NCBI GenBank assembly: GCA_963558405.1
Contig: CAUWGC010000002.1
Location: 1 to 64,000, forward strand
Reading direction: 5' to 3'
DNA length: 64,000 bases
DNA from: an uncultured Clostridia bacterium
Lineage (GTDB): Bacteria; Bacillota; Clostridia; TANB77; CAG-508
The first letter of the stretch is position 1. Every line of letters starts with the position of its first letter. The notes below the pieces were generated by a model. It was not told where the DNA came from and did no database searches. It was given only the letters and a program-made list of their open reading frames with translations. Made by a program: the position numbers and the translations under genes. Below are positions 10,801-21,875 of the stretch, in pieces.

Positions 10801-11670
10801 TTATTTTTCTAATTGGATTATATCTGCTATTCTTTTAAATTCTTGTATTGTTAATTTTTCTCCTCTTATGTTTTCTTCTAAATTAAGTTTTTTTAATATT
10901 TCTTTTCCTTTTTCTTTATTCTCTATTATATTTCCATTAACTAGAGCATTTAATAATGTTTTTCTTCTTTGTTGAAATGCTACTTTTATTATTTTAAAAA
11001 ATAACTCTTCATTTTTTATATCTAATAACTTTTCTTTTCTTATTTTTAAGTGTATAACTTGCGAATCTACTTCTGGTTCTGGAATAAATGAATTTTTAGG
11101 AACATCTACTACTTTTTCACCTTCAGAATAGTAATAAATTGTATATGTAATAGCTCCAGATTTTTTATCTCCTGGAATTGCTATAAATCTTTCTGCTACT
11201 TCTTTTTGAATCATTACTGTAATACTTTCTATTTCAAGTTTTTGTTCCAACAGGTACATCATAATTGGTGATGTAATATAATAAGGAAGATTTGCTACTA
11301 TTTTTACTTTTTGAAGCTTTGAATTTATTTGTTTTTGTTTTTTTATTAATTCTTCTAAATTTACCTTTAAAATATCTTCTTGTATTACTTCAAAATTTGA
11401 ATATAGCATAAATCTATCTTGTAAAATTTGTAACATTTTTTTATCTAATTCTACGCATACTACCTTTCCAGCTTTTTCTAATAAAGGTTTTGTTAAAGTT
11501 CCTAACCCTGGACCAACTTCTATTACTAAATCATTTTCAGAAAGTTCGGCCGCTTCTATAATAGAATTTACTACATCTTCTGAAACCAAAAAATTTTGTC
11601 CTAAACTTTTATTAGCAGTAATTCCATATTTTTTTAAAATAAATTTTGTTTCTTGATATAAATTATCCAT
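10801..11670 (-). CDS. rsmA: 16S rRNA dimethyladenosine transferase KsgA/RsmA
   Basis: KSLGQNFL, EVGPGLGTLT, VANLPYYIT, AFQQRRKTL motifs; start set at MDNLYQ (11670), just after the SPFH stop. Confidence 0.95.
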   Translation of the reverse strand: MDNLYQETKFILKKYGITANKSLGQNFLVSEDVVNSIIEAAELSENDLVIEVGPGLGTLTKPLLEKAGKVVCVELDKKMLQILQDRFMLYSNFEVIQEDILKVNLEELIKKQKQINSKLQKVKIVANLPYYITSPIMMYLLEQKLEIESITVMIQKEVAERFIAIPGDKKSGAITYTIYYYSEGEKVVDVPKNSFIPEPEVDSQVIHLKIRKEKLLDIKNEELFFKIIKVAFQQRRKTLLNALVNGNIIENKEKGKEILKKLNLEENIRGEKLTIQEFKRIADIIQLEK

Positions 11671-11671
11671 C

Positions 11672-12826
11672 TTATAATTTTTCTCCACATTCTTTACAAA
11701 ACTTTGATGTTCCTTCATTTATTGTTTTACATTTTGGACATACCTTTTCTTTTGGTTTTCCACAATTACTACAGAATTTTCCTTCGTTTTTTGCTCCACA
11801 TACACAATTCCATGTATTATTGTTTGTGTTTGTTGATGTTGTATTGTTTGTATTTTGGTTTTGATTCATATTTCCAAATAGACCTCCTGATGTCATATTC
11901 ATCATGCCAATACCCATAAATCCATTTAATGTTCCTGCTTTATTACTTGCTGCATCTTGTACAGCGTTTGCATATGCCTCTGTTAGAATTGCTTTTTGTT
12001 GATAAACATCTCCACCAAGTTCATATTGATCAATTTTGTTTTTAGATTCTTCGTCTAAAGTTAAATTTTCAATGATAAATGAAACAAGTCTTACTCCACG
12101 ATTTCTAATAGGTTCATCAAATACTTCCTGATCCATAATTTCTTTAATTTCATCTGTTTTATTTGGTAATGAAAGTACATCTATTTTATGTTCATCTTCT
12201 CCTAAACTATTCATTATATTAGAAAATGCACCAATTACTTCTGCACGCATTTGTTCTACTAATTCTTGTTTTGTATATTTTTCTCTATTTCCACCCAATA
12301 CAGACATAAATGTAGCTGGATTATCTATTTTGAAAGTATATTTTCCAAAACATCTTACTTCTACACTCATAGCTACCATACTATTGGTTCTAGGATTTAA
12401 TATTGGATGTCCCCAGTCCTTATATGGAACTGGATTTGGTGTTCCAAATTTATTGTCTAATATTTCTTTTATGTTAAAGAAATATACAGCTTGTTCTTTT
12501 GCTTCAGCACCCCCGAACTTAAATCTTTCCCACATTTCTTTAAATACATCTCCAAAGTCTCCTCCGAAGAAAGATGGAGTAGTACTTTCGTCAAAAGAAT
12601 ATACACCTGGCTCAGCAGTAGCACCTAATATTTTTCCATTATCATATAATGCCATTGCTTGACCTGGTGCTACTATTATCCTACTTTTTTTAGCAAGAAT
12701 ACCATCTGGATTTGTTTTCTTTACCATAAGTAAATCATTTCCCATGTCTTCACAGTTAATTGTAGTTAAAAATTGATCTCCTATTGTTGATCCTATTGCA
12801 TCTCCTATTGCTTTAAATAATCCCAT
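11672..12826 (-). CDS. SPFH (band 7) domain protein with C-terminal double zinc ribbon (YdjI-like)
   Basis: [23 protein letters not shown]; C-terminal CxC, CxxC, CxxC, CxxC. Confidence 0.8.
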   Translation of the reverse strand: MGLFKAIGDAIGSTIGDQFLTTINCEDMGNDLLMVKKTNPDGILAKKSRIIVAPGQAMALYDNGKILGATAEPGVYSFDESTTPSFFGGDFGDVFKEMWERFKFGGAEAKEQAVYFFNIKEILDNKFGTPNPVPYKDWGHPILNPRTNSMVAMSVEVRCFGKYTFKIDNPATFMSVLGGNREKYTKQELVEQMRAEVIGAFSNIMNSLGEDEHKIDVLSLPNKTDEIKEIMDQEVFDEPIRNRGVRLVSFIIENLTLDEESKNKIDQYELGGDVYQQKAILTEAYANAVQDAASNKAGTLNGFMGIGMMNMTSGGLFGNMNQNQNTNNTTSTNTNNNTWNCVCGAKNEGKFCSNCGKPKEKVCPKCKTINEGTSKFCKECGEKL

Positions 12827-12845
12827 TATTATACCTCCTTATATT

Positions 12846-13793
12846 TTAATGTGCATTTATTATTGGTTCTAATCTTGTTAATACCCAATCATGATTGTCT
12901 GTTGTAATTAAGCTTCCACAATATTCGCATTTTCCTGAAGAAGTTATATTTGTTGGTGCACCACAATTTGGACAATTTGTTGTTTCTAATTCTTCGGTTG
13001 CAGTTTCTGTTAAAATTCCTGTTTTTCTTTCAAATACCATTCTATATACTGTAACTCTGTCATCTATTTTATTTCCTTCTAACACTTCTTTTGTTGTTGC
13101 ATCAATAATATAGTCTTTTTTAGTTGCTTTTAAATTTATTGATAATATATCTTTGCCACCTTCTTGCTTAAAATCATAAAGTTTTGCATAATTTACAGCA
13201 ATTCTGTCAACTACATTTATTCTATTAGTATCAATATAGGCTTGTAATTGTAATCTATGTTGTTCAAATAATTCTACACTTTCATATGTTCTCATAGGTT
13301 CCCAATTTCTTTCAGTCCAAGCATTTTGTAATCTCACATATAAATTTTTTGCAAATGTTAAAAACTTTTCCTCGTTAAATTCTGGATCAACAGCTTTGAT
13401 TTTTTTAATTAAATTTGGGTCATAACATTCTATTTCTCTATTATTTATTTTATTTACACTTTCAAAAAACTTTCTATTTCTATTATACATATCATTTCTT
13501 CTATTTTTTTTATTCATAGCTGTTATTACAATTGAAGCAACTATTATAAACAATATTATAATTTCTATTGTTCCAAAATCCCCACCTGAATATCCGCTAC
13601 TTGATAAACCACTGTAACTATATGATCCACTTGAACTTGAATAAGAACTTCCTCCTGATGAACCACTCCAAGAACTTCCTCCACTGTCATATCTATCAAA
13701 ACTTCCTACATCTGCATTAGTAAAATACGTTACGGAATTTATTGTTAATAATATTAAAAATATTGTTATTATCTTTTTTATTTTATTTTTCAA
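12846..13793 (-). CDS. Membrane protein with Tim44-like domain and zinc ribbon
   Basis: Signal peptide, Ser/Gly linker, TM helix, DPEFNEEKFL..LQNAW, CPNCGAP..CEYCG, terminal WVL. Confidence 0.75.
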   Translation of the reverse strand: MKNKIKKIITIFLILLTINSVTYFTNADVGSFDRYDSGGSSWSGSSGGSSYSSSSGSYSYSGLSSSGYSGGDFGTIEIIILFIIVASIVITAMNKKNRRNDMYNRNRKFFESVNKINNREIECYDPNLIKKIKAVDPEFNEEKFLTFAKNLYVRLQNAWTERNWEPMRTYESVELFEQHRLQLQAYIDTNRINVVDRIAVNYAKLYDFKQEGGKDILSINLKATKKDYIIDATTKEVLEGNKIDDRVTVYRMVFERKTGILTETATEELETTNCPNCGAPTNITSSGKCEYCGSLITTDNHDWVLTRLEPIINAH

Positions 13794-13968
13794 ACAAATT
13801 CCCCCTTATTTTTCTTTATAATACTATTATTTCTTATCTTTTGTCAATCTTTATATATAATTTACTAATTTTATTTAAGTCAATTTTAATACTTTTTTCC
13901 TTGCATTTCATAGTTTTTTAATATAAAATGTTAACGTAAATAATTTTTTAAAAAGTATGGTGAAATAA

Positions 13969-16260
13969 TTGGATAAGAATAGAAATTTTTTTACAAAAAA
14001 GGAAAAATTAGAAAAAGAAAAAAAAGATACTTTAGTTAGAAATAAAAAACTAATTATTATGCTTATTGTTGTTTTGATTATCTTTCTTTTATTACTTATA
14101 CGTATTGGTTTCTTGCAATTTGTACAAGGAGCAGAACTAAAAGAAAAAATGTATAGACAACTTGTTACAAGTAGAATTTTAAGTCCAAAGCGCGGTGTAA
14201 TTTTAGATACTAACTATACATCATTAGCCAGAAGCGTTGCAGTTGATACAATTACTATTAACCCTTCTAGTATCAAATCTACAAACTCAGATGAAAGAAT
14301 AGCTGAACAAGAAACAAAAGAAATTAAAGAGAAGGTAGCAAAAGCTTTTTCTGAAATATTTGAATTAGATTATGAAGAAACCCTTGCTAAAGTTAATAGT
14401 GATTCTTCCTTAGAAACCATCGCAACAAAGGTAGAACAAGATAAAGTAGATAAACTAAAAAAATGGATGGAAGAAAATAAAATTTATTCTGGTATAAATA
14501 TTGATGAAGATACTAAAAGGTACTATCCGTATAATAATCTTGCTTCTAATTTAATTGGCTTTTGTGGTACAGAAAATGATGGTAGATGGGGCTTAGAATA
14601 TACTTGGGATGATGTTTTAAAAGGAACACCTGGAAAGATTGTAACATCTGAAGATGCTGTTCAAGAAATTATTCCAGATAAGGAAGAAAGATATGTTCCT
14701 CCTCAAAATGGAAGCAATATTGTTCTTACTCTAGATATAAATATTCAATCAATTGTAGAAAAATACTTAAAACAAGCTGTTCAAGAAAATAATGCTGGAC
14801 AAGGTGGTACTGCTATTGTAATGAATCCTAAAACAGGAGATATTTTAGCTGCTGCTACATATCCTGATTATAACTTAAATGAACCTTATACTATTAATTC
14901 AGAAGAATTAAAAAAAGTATGGGATACACTTTCTGGTTCCGAACAATATAACTATCTTTCTGAGATGTGGAGAGATAAATGTATTTCTAGTACATATGAA
15001 CCAGGCTCTACATTTAAAATTATAAATTCTGCTATTGCTATAGAAGAACAAATTACTACCCCAGATGTTGCAGGAGAATTTAGTTGTATTGGTTATGAAA
15101 TGGTTGCCGGATTAAGAATGCATTGTTGGAGTTCAGTTCCTCATGGTCCAGAAAGTTTAAGAGATGCTTTGGAACATTCATGTAACCCTTCTTTTATGCA
15201 ACTTGGTAAAAAAATGGGAGCAGATACTATGTATCGTTACTATGATGCATTAAACCTTTTAACCAAAACAGGTGTAAAAGCATATGGAGAAGAAAGTGCT
15301 GTTTGGTGGGATTTAGATGATGTAGGTGAAGTAGAGCTTGCTACAATGTCTTTTGGTCAGAGATTTAATATTACTCCTTTGCAATTAGTTTCTTCTGTTT
15401 CCGCTGTTGTAAATGACGGAAAATTAATGAGACCAAGAATTGTAAAAGAAATAATTAATACTGATGACGGAAGTGTAACTTATTTAGAACCAGAAGAAAT
15501 AAGACAAGTGTTTTCTAAAGAAACTTCTAAAACTATGCGCGAAATGTTAGAATCTGTTGTAGTTGATGGTACAGGAAAACATGCGGCTGTAACTGGCTAT
15601 TCAATTGGTGGAAAATCTGGTACTACAGAACCTCTTTCTGAAAATGAAGATAGTATTTATATTGCTTCTTTTATTGGAGTAGCTCCAATAGAGAACCCAG
15701 AAGTCGTAGTACTTGTTGCTATATATGATCCTCAAAGTGAAAATGGACATCAAGGTGGTCAAGTTGCAGGACCAGTTGTTAGTCAAATTTTATCAGAAGT
15801 TCTACCTAATTTAGGAATTGCTTCAAACGAAGTTCCTACTGATGACGATTCTTCCCCTTATTCTACAATTACTTTAAAAGATGTTACTAATAAAACAGCA
15901 AAAGAAGCTATTGATATATTGGAAAAGCAAGGATTTGAAGTTAGCATAGGAAACAATGGCGATAAAAATTCTATTGTGGTTACAGACCAAGTTCCAAAAG
16001 CAGGAACACCTTTAATAAAAGGTTCTACTATTAAATTATATACAGCTGAAAATGATGATAGAATTTCTACTACTGTACCAAATTTAAAAGGAATGGGAAT
16101 GGCACAAGCTATAAACGCATTAAAGGCAAAAAAATTAAACATAAGTATTGAAGGAACATCTGGAATAGTAGTTTCACAAGATCCTATTTTAGATACTCAT
16201 GTAGAAGAAGGTACTGTAGTTCATGTAACATTTAAACAAGAAATCTCTAATGCTTACTAA
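13969..16260 (+). CDS. Class B penicillin-binding protein with two PASTA domains (FtsI/SpoVD-like)
   Basis: RGVILD, RYYP, EPGSTFK (SxxK), SCN (SxN), KSGT; C-terminal PASTA repeats. Confidence 0.9.
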   Translation: MDKNRNFFTKKEKLEKEKKDTLVRNKKLIIMLIVVLIIFLLLLIRIGFLQFVQGAELKEKMYRQLVTSRILSPKRGVILDTNYTSLARSVAVDTITINPSSIKSTNSDERIAEQETKEIKEKVAKAFSEIFELDYEETLAKVNSDSSLETIATKVEQDKVDKLKKWMEENKIYSGINIDEDTKRYYPYNNLASNLIGFCGTENDGRWGLEYTWDDVLKGTPGKIVTSEDAVQEIIPDKEERYVPPQNGSNIVLTLDINIQSIVEKYLKQAVQENNAGQGGTAIVMNPKTGDILAAATYPDYNLNEPYTINSEELKKVWDTLSGSEQYNYLSEMWRDKCISSTYEPGSTFKIINSAIAIEEQITTPDVAGEFSCIGYEMVAGLRMHCWSSVPHGPESLRDALEHSCNPSFMQLGKKMGADTMYRYYDALNLLTKTGVKAYGEESAVWWDLDDVGEVELATMSFGQRFNITPLQLVSSVSAVVNDGKLMRPRIVKEIINTDDGSVTYLEPEEIRQVFSKETSKTMREMLESVVVDGTGKHAAVTGYSIGGKSGTTEPLSENEDSIYIASFIGVAPIENPEVVVLVAIYDPQSENGHQGGQVAGPVVSQILSEVLPNLGIASNEVPTDDDSSPYSTITLKDVTNKTAKEAIDILEKQGFEVSIGNNGDKNSIVVTDQVPKAGTPLIKGSTIKLYTAENDDRISTTVPNLKGMGMAQAINALKAKKLNISIEGTSGIVVSQDPILDTHVEEGTVVHVTFKQEISNAY

Positions 16261-16301
16261 AATTTTATATAATTTACTTTAATATTATATTAATGAAAAC
16301 T

Positions 16302-16336
16302 AAAAAGAAACCATGTTAAAGTGGTTTCTTTTTTTA
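16302..16336. terminator. Bidirectional terminator between the PBP and exonuclease genes
   Basis: AAAAAGAAACCA / TGGTTTCTTTTT inverted repeat between convergent genes. Confidence 0.7.
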
Positions 16337-16388
16337 TGAAATATTTAAAATAATAAAATATGTTTATAAAGTTAAATATTATCTTATA

Positions 16389-16925
16389 TTATCTTATATT
16401 ATTTTGTAAATACTTTAAATATATTTTTGCACAACATTCACAATCAAATTCTGCACGGTGAAAACCTGTTTCTTTTATCCCAATATGATTTGCTATAGTT
16501 GCTAATTTATGATTAATTAATTGTGGATACATTTTTCTTCCTAACTTTACTGTATCTACTACTTTGTTTTTAGAAAAACTATTATTAGAATACATTTGTA
16601 AAAAGCTTACATCAAAAGGAGCATTATGAGCTACAATTGTACTTCTTCCTATAAAACTAATTAATTCTTGCATTACATCCCATACTGGTCTTGCGTCTTT
16701 TACCATATCATTAGTGATTCCTGTTATTTCTGTTATTTTTTGTGGAATAGACTCAATAGGTTTTATAAGGCTTGTATATGTATCTATTTTATTAAAATTT
16801 TTGTATTTAATAGCACTTACTTCTATTAATTCACTAGTAAGTGGAGATAATCCTGTTGTTTCTACGTCAACAGCTACAAATTCATTTTCTTCTTTATTAT
16901 CTATTATATCAAATATACTTTCCAT
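16389..16925 (-). CDS. DEDDh 3'-5' exonuclease (DnaQ/PolC exonuclease-like)
   Basis: DVETTG, VAHNAPFD, HRAEFD motifs. Confidence 0.9.
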   Translation of the reverse strand: MESIFDIIDNKEENEFVAVDVETTGLSPLTSELIEVSAIKYKNFNKIDTYTSLIKPIESIPQKITEITGITNDMVKDARPVWDVMQELISFIGRSTIVAHNAPFDVSFLQMYSNNSFSKNKVVDTVKLGRKMYPQLINHKLATIANHIGIKETGFHRAEFDCECCAKIYLKYLQNNIR

Positions 16926-17011
16926 TTATTTTCCTCTCTTTTAGCTTATAAAGTTTTTAATAAGTATAGCACAAAGTATATCTGGTTACAACTATATTGT
17001 TTTTATTAGTC

Positions 17012-17047
17012 AAAAAAGGTTATTTGAAAAATTCAAATAACCTTTTT
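17012..17047 (-). terminator. ftsH terminator
   Basis: AAAAAGGTTATTTGAA / TTCAAATAACCTTTTT inverted repeat. Confidence 0.8.
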
Positions 17048-17059
17048 GTTTATTATTTT

Positions 17060-18862
17060 CTAGCTATTAAAAATAGCTTCAAATTCATCTCCATCGATTT
17101 TTTCTTTTTCTAATAGTACTCCTGCAATAGCATGTAATTTATCCATATTTGAGCTTAAAATTTCTTCTGCTTTTTTGTATCCTGTATCAATAATTTTTTT
17201 GATTTCTTCATCAATTATAGCAGCTGTTTCTTCTGAATATTCTTTTGCATGTGCAAAATCTCTTCCTAAGAAAACTTCCTCTTGACTTGATCCTAAAGTA
17301 ATTGTTCCAATTTTATCGCTCATACCATATTTAGTTACCATTGCTTTTGCAATACTTGTTGCTCTTTCTATATCGTTGCTAGCACCAGTAGAAATATCAT
17401 TTAAAACTAATTTTTCTGCAACTCTACCACCAAGAAGTGATACTATATTTTCTTCCATTTCTGTTTTTGACATAAATGATTTATCTTCATTTGGACGATA
17501 CATTGTATATCCACCAGCCATACCACGAGGTACAATTGATATTTGATGTACCATATCTTGAGTTGGTAAAAATCTACTAACTAAAGCATGCCCTGCTTCA
17601 TGATATGCTACTAATTTATTTTCTTTTTCACTTCTTACTCTTGTTTTCTTTTCTGGTCCCATAGTTACTTTAACCATAGCATCTTCAATTTCTTTTTCAC
17701 CTATTTCATGTAAATCTCTTCTAGCTGCTAATAAAGCTGCTTCGTTTAATACATTTTCTAGGTCTGCTCCTGAAAATCCAGAAGTATTTTTAGCTATAAT
17801 TGATAAATCTACATCATCTGCTAAACGTTTTCCTCTAGAGTGTACCTCTAAAATTTGCTCTCTTGCTTTTACATCTGGCGCAGAAACAACAATTTGTCTA
17901 TCAAATCTTCCTGGTCTTAATAAGGCTTTATCTAATACATCTGGTCTATTTGTTGCAGCAAGTACAATAACTCCTTCATTACTTGCAAATCCATCCATTT
18001 CTACTAATAACTGATTTAATGTTTGTTCTCTTTCATCATGTCCTCCACCAAGTCCAGCACCTCTTTGACGTCCTACTGCATCAATTTCGTCTATAAATAT
18101 AATACATGGTGCGTTCTTTTTAGCTTGTTCAAATAAATCTCTTACACGAGATGCACCAACACCAACAAACATTTCTACAAATTCTGAACCACTTATAATA
18201 AAGAATGGAACTCCTGCTTCCCCAGCAACTGCTTTTGCAAGTAGAGTTTTACCAGTACCTGGTTGACCTACTAATAATACTCCTTTTGGAATTCTAGCAC
18301 CCATATCTGTAAATTTTCTTGGATTTTTTAAAAATTGTACTATTTCTTGTAATTCTTCTTGTTCTTCATCTACACCTGCTACATCATCAAATGTAATTTT
18401 ATTTTTGTCTGCTGGTGTCATCATTTTGGCTTTGCTTTTTCCAAATGACATTGTTTTATTTCCACCTTGTGCACCACCATTCATTAGTACAAACATGAAA
18501 ATTAAGAAAATAATTAAAATTCCAAATGGTGTTAAAAGACTTAATAGTATCATAAATATAGATTCTGATTTTTCTTTTAACTCTATGCTACCTTCTTTTA
18601 ATGGCTCTTGCATATAATCCATAAAGCTTTCCATATTTGGAATATTTACTTCTTTTTTGAAGTTTTCTCCTTTTAATGTAACATTTGCTTTTACTCCATT
18701 TGCTTCAATTTCAATTTTTTCTACTTCTCCTGCTTGTATTTTTGTAATAAGTTCTGAATAAGCAAGTTTTGTATCACTATTTTCTACAATAGAAGTAATA
18801 AGTACAATAGTGATTATTCCTATAATTAACCATATTGCTAATGTTTTTAATCCACTTTTCAT
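17060..18862 (-). CDS. ftsH: ATP-dependent zinc metalloprotease FtsH
   Basis: Two TM helices, [29 protein letters not shown]. Confidence 0.98.
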   Translation of the reverse strand: MKSGLKTLAIWLIIGIITIVLITSIVENSDTKLAYSELITKIQAGEVEKIEIEANGVKANVTLKGENFKKEVNIPNMESFMDYMQEPLKEGSIELKEKSESIFMILLSLLTPFGILIIFLIFMFVLMNGGAQGGNKTMSFGKSKAKMMTPADKNKITFDDVAGVDEEQEELQEIVQFLKNPRKFTDMGARIPKGVLLVGQPGTGKTLLAKAVAGEAGVPFFIISGSEFVEMFVGVGASRVRDLFEQAKKNAPCIIFIDEIDAVGRQRGAGLGGGHDEREQTLNQLLVEMDGFASNEGVIVLAATNRPDVLDKALLRPGRFDRQIVVSAPDVKAREQILEVHSRGKRLADDVDLSIIAKNTSGFSGADLENVLNEAALLAARRDLHEIGEKEIEDAMVKVTMGPEKKTRVRSEKENKLVAYHEAGHALVSRFLPTQDMVHQISIVPRGMAGGYTMYRPNEDKSFMSKTEMEENIVSLLGGRVAEKLVLNDISTGASNDIERATSIAKAMVTKYGMSDKIGTITLGSSQEEVFLGRDFAHAKEYSEETAAIIDEEIKKIIDTGYKKAEEILSSNMDKLHAIAGVLLEKEKIDGDEFEAIFNS

Positions 18863-18986
18863 TTATGACTTCCTTTCTTAAACTATTGTTTTGCTAATCT
18901 TTAGGAACTATACCACAATTTAATTAGTTATTCAATACTTTTTTAAAAAGATTATTTTACAAACTCCTTACGACTCTAAGCTTTTC

Positions 18987-19979
18987 TTACGGAAGTTTAG
19001 GATAGGCGATAAAAAAAATTTTTCTATTTTTTACAAGTATTTTCACATTTTTATTTGGAATTAAGAATTTATTTCCTATATTTCGACGGCATAAAACAAT
19101 AATATCTTCTATATGTTTTTTCTCGATTCCGTCTGTAGTTCCTAATAATTTTAAAATACTATAACGTATAATTTGTTTTTGTAAAAATTCTTCTACTTTA
19201 TTAAATTTATTTAAGTCCAACACTATTTCTTTTTCTTCATTTATTAGTAGTTCTTCATAAACTTTTATTACATTACTTTCTATGTATTTTGTTTCTTCTC
19301 TTGCTATATTTGCTAACCTATTAATTCCTTGTATTATGTTTGGATTAAATTCTTTTTCAATATACGGAATTAAGCTATTTCGAACTTTATTTCTTGTATA
19401 AATGTTTTGAGCATTTGTTTTATCTATTTTAGCTTCTAAATTATTTTCTACACAATACTCTTCTATTTCTTTTCTGGTACATTCAATTAGTGGATGAATG
19501 TATCTTTCGTTACGGATAGGGTCAATTCCTCTTAATCCAAAAACTCCAGTTCCTCTTAAAATGTTTAATAAAACTGTCTCTGCATTATCATTTGCCGTAT
19601 GAGCTGTGGCAATTTTATTTGCATTATATTTTTTTGCTATTTCTTCAAAAAAAGAATAACGTATTTTTCTTCCAGCTTCTTCTGTTCCAATTTTTTGTTT
19701 TTTTGCTACTTCTTGAACTGATTCTCTTTTTATATAATAAGGTATATTTTCTTTTATGCAATATTCTTTTACATATTCTTCATCTTCTATAGCTTCTTCT
19801 CTTAACATATGATTTATATGACATACAATAATTTTTATGCCTAACTCTTTTTTTAAACTTTGCAATAAATGCAAAAGAGTTATAGAATCTGGTCCCCCAG
19901 AAACTCCTATAACTATAGTATCGCCATATTTTGTTAATTCATTCTTTAAAATAGTATTTAATACTTTTTCTTTTAACAT
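18987..19979 (-). CDS. tilS: tRNA(Ile)-lysidine synthetase (short form)
   Basis: SGGPDS PP-loop, TAHTANDNAET, YTRNKVR; start set at MLKEKV behind a GAGGGAG RBS. Confidence 0.92.
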   Translation of the reverse strand: MLKEKVLNTILKNELTKYGDTIVIGVSGGPDSITLLHLLQSLKKELGIKIIVCHINHMLREEAIEDEEYVKEYCIKENIPYYIKRESVQEVAKKQKIGTEEAGRKIRYSFFEEIAKKYNANKIATAHTANDNAETVLLNILRGTGVFGLRGIDPIRNERYIHPLIECTRKEIEEYCVENNLEAKIDKTNAQNIYTRNKVRNSLIPYIEKEFNPNIIQGINRLANIAREETKYIESNVIKVYEELLINEEKEIVLDLNKFNKVEEFLQKQIIRYSILKLLGTTDGIEKKHIEDIIVLCRRNIGNKFLIPNKNVKILVKNRKIFFIAYPKLP

Positions 19980-19995
19980 ATCTCCCTCTTTTAAA

Positions 19996-21327
19996 TTATT
20001 CTCTATAACGATCAATATTTGCAAATTTTGTATAGTTAGATAACCATAATAATTCTACTGTTCCAACAGAACCAGAACGATGTTTTGCTATAATTACTTC
20101 TGCAATATTTTTTTTATCTGTTTCTTCATTATAATAATCATCACGATATAAAAACATAACAATATCAGCGTCTTGCTCAATAGCTCCTGATTCACGAAGG
20201 TCAGAAAGCATTGGTCTATGATCTGGTCTTTGTTCAGGTGCTCTAGATAACTGTGAAAGTGCTATTACCGGAACATTTAATTCTTTTGCTAATATTTTTA
20301 AAGATCTACTTATCTCTGATATTTCTTGTTCACGGCTTCCAGAACGTTTAGAATTTCCAGCAATTAACTGCAAATAATCTATTACAACTAAACCAATATT
20401 TTGTTCCATTTTTAATTTTCTACACTTTGCACGAATCTCTGTCATAGAAATTCCTGGTGTATCATCAATAAAAATAGGTGCTTCTGATAATATTCCAGTT
20501 GCCTCTGCTATTTTGTTCCAATCTTCGTCCTCTATTTTTCCTGTTCTTATTTTATTAGAATCAACCATAGCTTCACTTGCTAAAATTCTATTTACCATTT
20601 GCTCTTTTGACATTTCTAAGCTAAATATAACAACTGGTATATTTGCTTTTACAGCTGCATATGATGCTATATTTAATACAAATGCTGATTTTCCCATAGC
20701 AGGTCTTGCTGCTATTAAAATCAAATCCGAATTATGAAGCCCTGCTGTTTTGTAGTCCAAATCTGCAAATCCTGTTGGTACACCCGTTATATGTTGTTTT
20801 TGATTATATAGTTTTTCTAGCAATGCAAATGATTCTACTAAAACGTCTTTAACAGCTGTATATCCTTTTTGATTTCTACCTTGCACTAAATTAAATATTT
20901 TCTTTTCAGCAGAATCTACAATATCTTCTACTTCTTGCATTGGGTCATATCCTAGTGCTTGTATTTCATTTGCTGTTTTAATAAGACTGCGAAGCATTGA
21001 TTTATCCTCTACAATTTTTATATATTTTTCTGCATTTGTAGTAGTTGGAACTTTTTCAGGAAGTTCTGCTAAATATTCAATTCCTCCTACTTGTTCAAAC
21101 TTTCCTATAGAAGTTAACTCTGCTTTTAATGTTATTATATCAATTGGTTCTGCACGATTATATAAATTTAATATTGCTTCATAAATTGCTTTATGATCCT
21201 CACGATAAAAATCTTCTACTCTTAATACTTCTATAGCACTAGCAGCTGCTTCACTGTCTGTTAACATGCTTCCTAATACTGCTTGCTCTGCTTCTATATC
21301 ATGTGGTGGTAATTTTCCTAATTCCAT
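19996..21327 (-). CDS. dnaB: Replicative DNA helicase
   Basis: PPHDIEAEQAVLG, ARPAMGKS, IDYLQL, SDLRESGAIEQDAD. Confidence 0.98.
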   Translation of the reverse strand: MELGKLPPHDIEAEQAVLGSMLTDSEAAASAIEVLRVEDFYREDHKAIYEAILNLYNRAEPIDIITLKAELTSIGKFEQVGGIEYLAELPEKVPTTTNAEKYIKIVEDKSMLRSLIKTANEIQALGYDPMQEVEDIVDSAEKKIFNLVQGRNQKGYTAVKDVLVESFALLEKLYNQKQHITGVPTGFADLDYKTAGLHNSDLILIAARPAMGKSAFVLNIASYAAVKANIPVVIFSLEMSKEQMVNRILASEAMVDSNKIRTGKIEDEDWNKIAEATGILSEAPIFIDDTPGISMTEIRAKCRKLKMEQNIGLVVIDYLQLIAGNSKRSGSREQEISEISRSLKILAKELNVPVIALSQLSRAPEQRPDHRPMLSDLRESGAIEQDADIVMFLYRDDYYNEETDKKNIAEVIIAKHRSGSVGTVELLWLSNYTKFANIDRYRE

Positions 21328-21341
21328 TTTTATACTTCCTT

Positions 21342-21788
21342 TTATTCTTCTACTATTTTAACTTTTAAACTTGCAGTAATTCCCTCATATAAACGAATTT
21401 CTATATTTTTTGTTCCTAATACTTTTATTGTTTCTTTTAACATAATCTTCTTTTTATCTATTTCTAATCCATAACTTTTTTTAAGATTTTCGCTAATTTC
21501 TTTTGCAGTAATTCCTCCAAAAATTTTACCATTTTCCCCAGCTTTAACAGATAAAGTGAGGATAATTTCTTTTAATTTATTTGCTATTCTTTTTGCTTCT
21601 TCTTTTTCTAATTCTTTTTTATGTTCAATAGATGATTGTTTACCTTTTAGTTTACTCATATTTTCTGCATTTGCTTCTACAGCTAATCCTTTTGGAAATA
21701 GATAATTTCTTGCATACCCGTCAGATGCTTCTATGACTTGGTCCTTTTTACCTACTCCTTTTATATCTTGTTTTAAAATTACCTTCAT
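21342..21788 (-). CDS. rplI: 50S ribosomal protein L9
   Basis: MKVILKQDIKGVGKK..GYARNYLFP. Confidence 0.97.
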   Translation of the reverse strand: MKVILKQDIKGVGKKDQVIEASDGYARNYLFPKGLAVEANAENMSKLKGKQSSIEHKKELEKEEAKRIANKLKEIILTLSVKAGENGKIFGGITAKEISENLKKSYGLEIDKKKIMLKETIKVLGTKNIEIRLYEGITASLKVKIVEE

Positions 21789-21875
21789 GTTTTTTTCCTC
21801 CTTTTTATCTATTTTACCATTATAGTTTATCGCAAAATAAGGTTTTTTTCAAGTGTAAATTAAAATAGCAAGAGT

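Noticed and set aside
18987-19100. Short TilS as a possible pseudogene
   Set aside because: Catalytic motifs are intact, short TilS forms are known, and no continuation is visible in other frames before ftsH.
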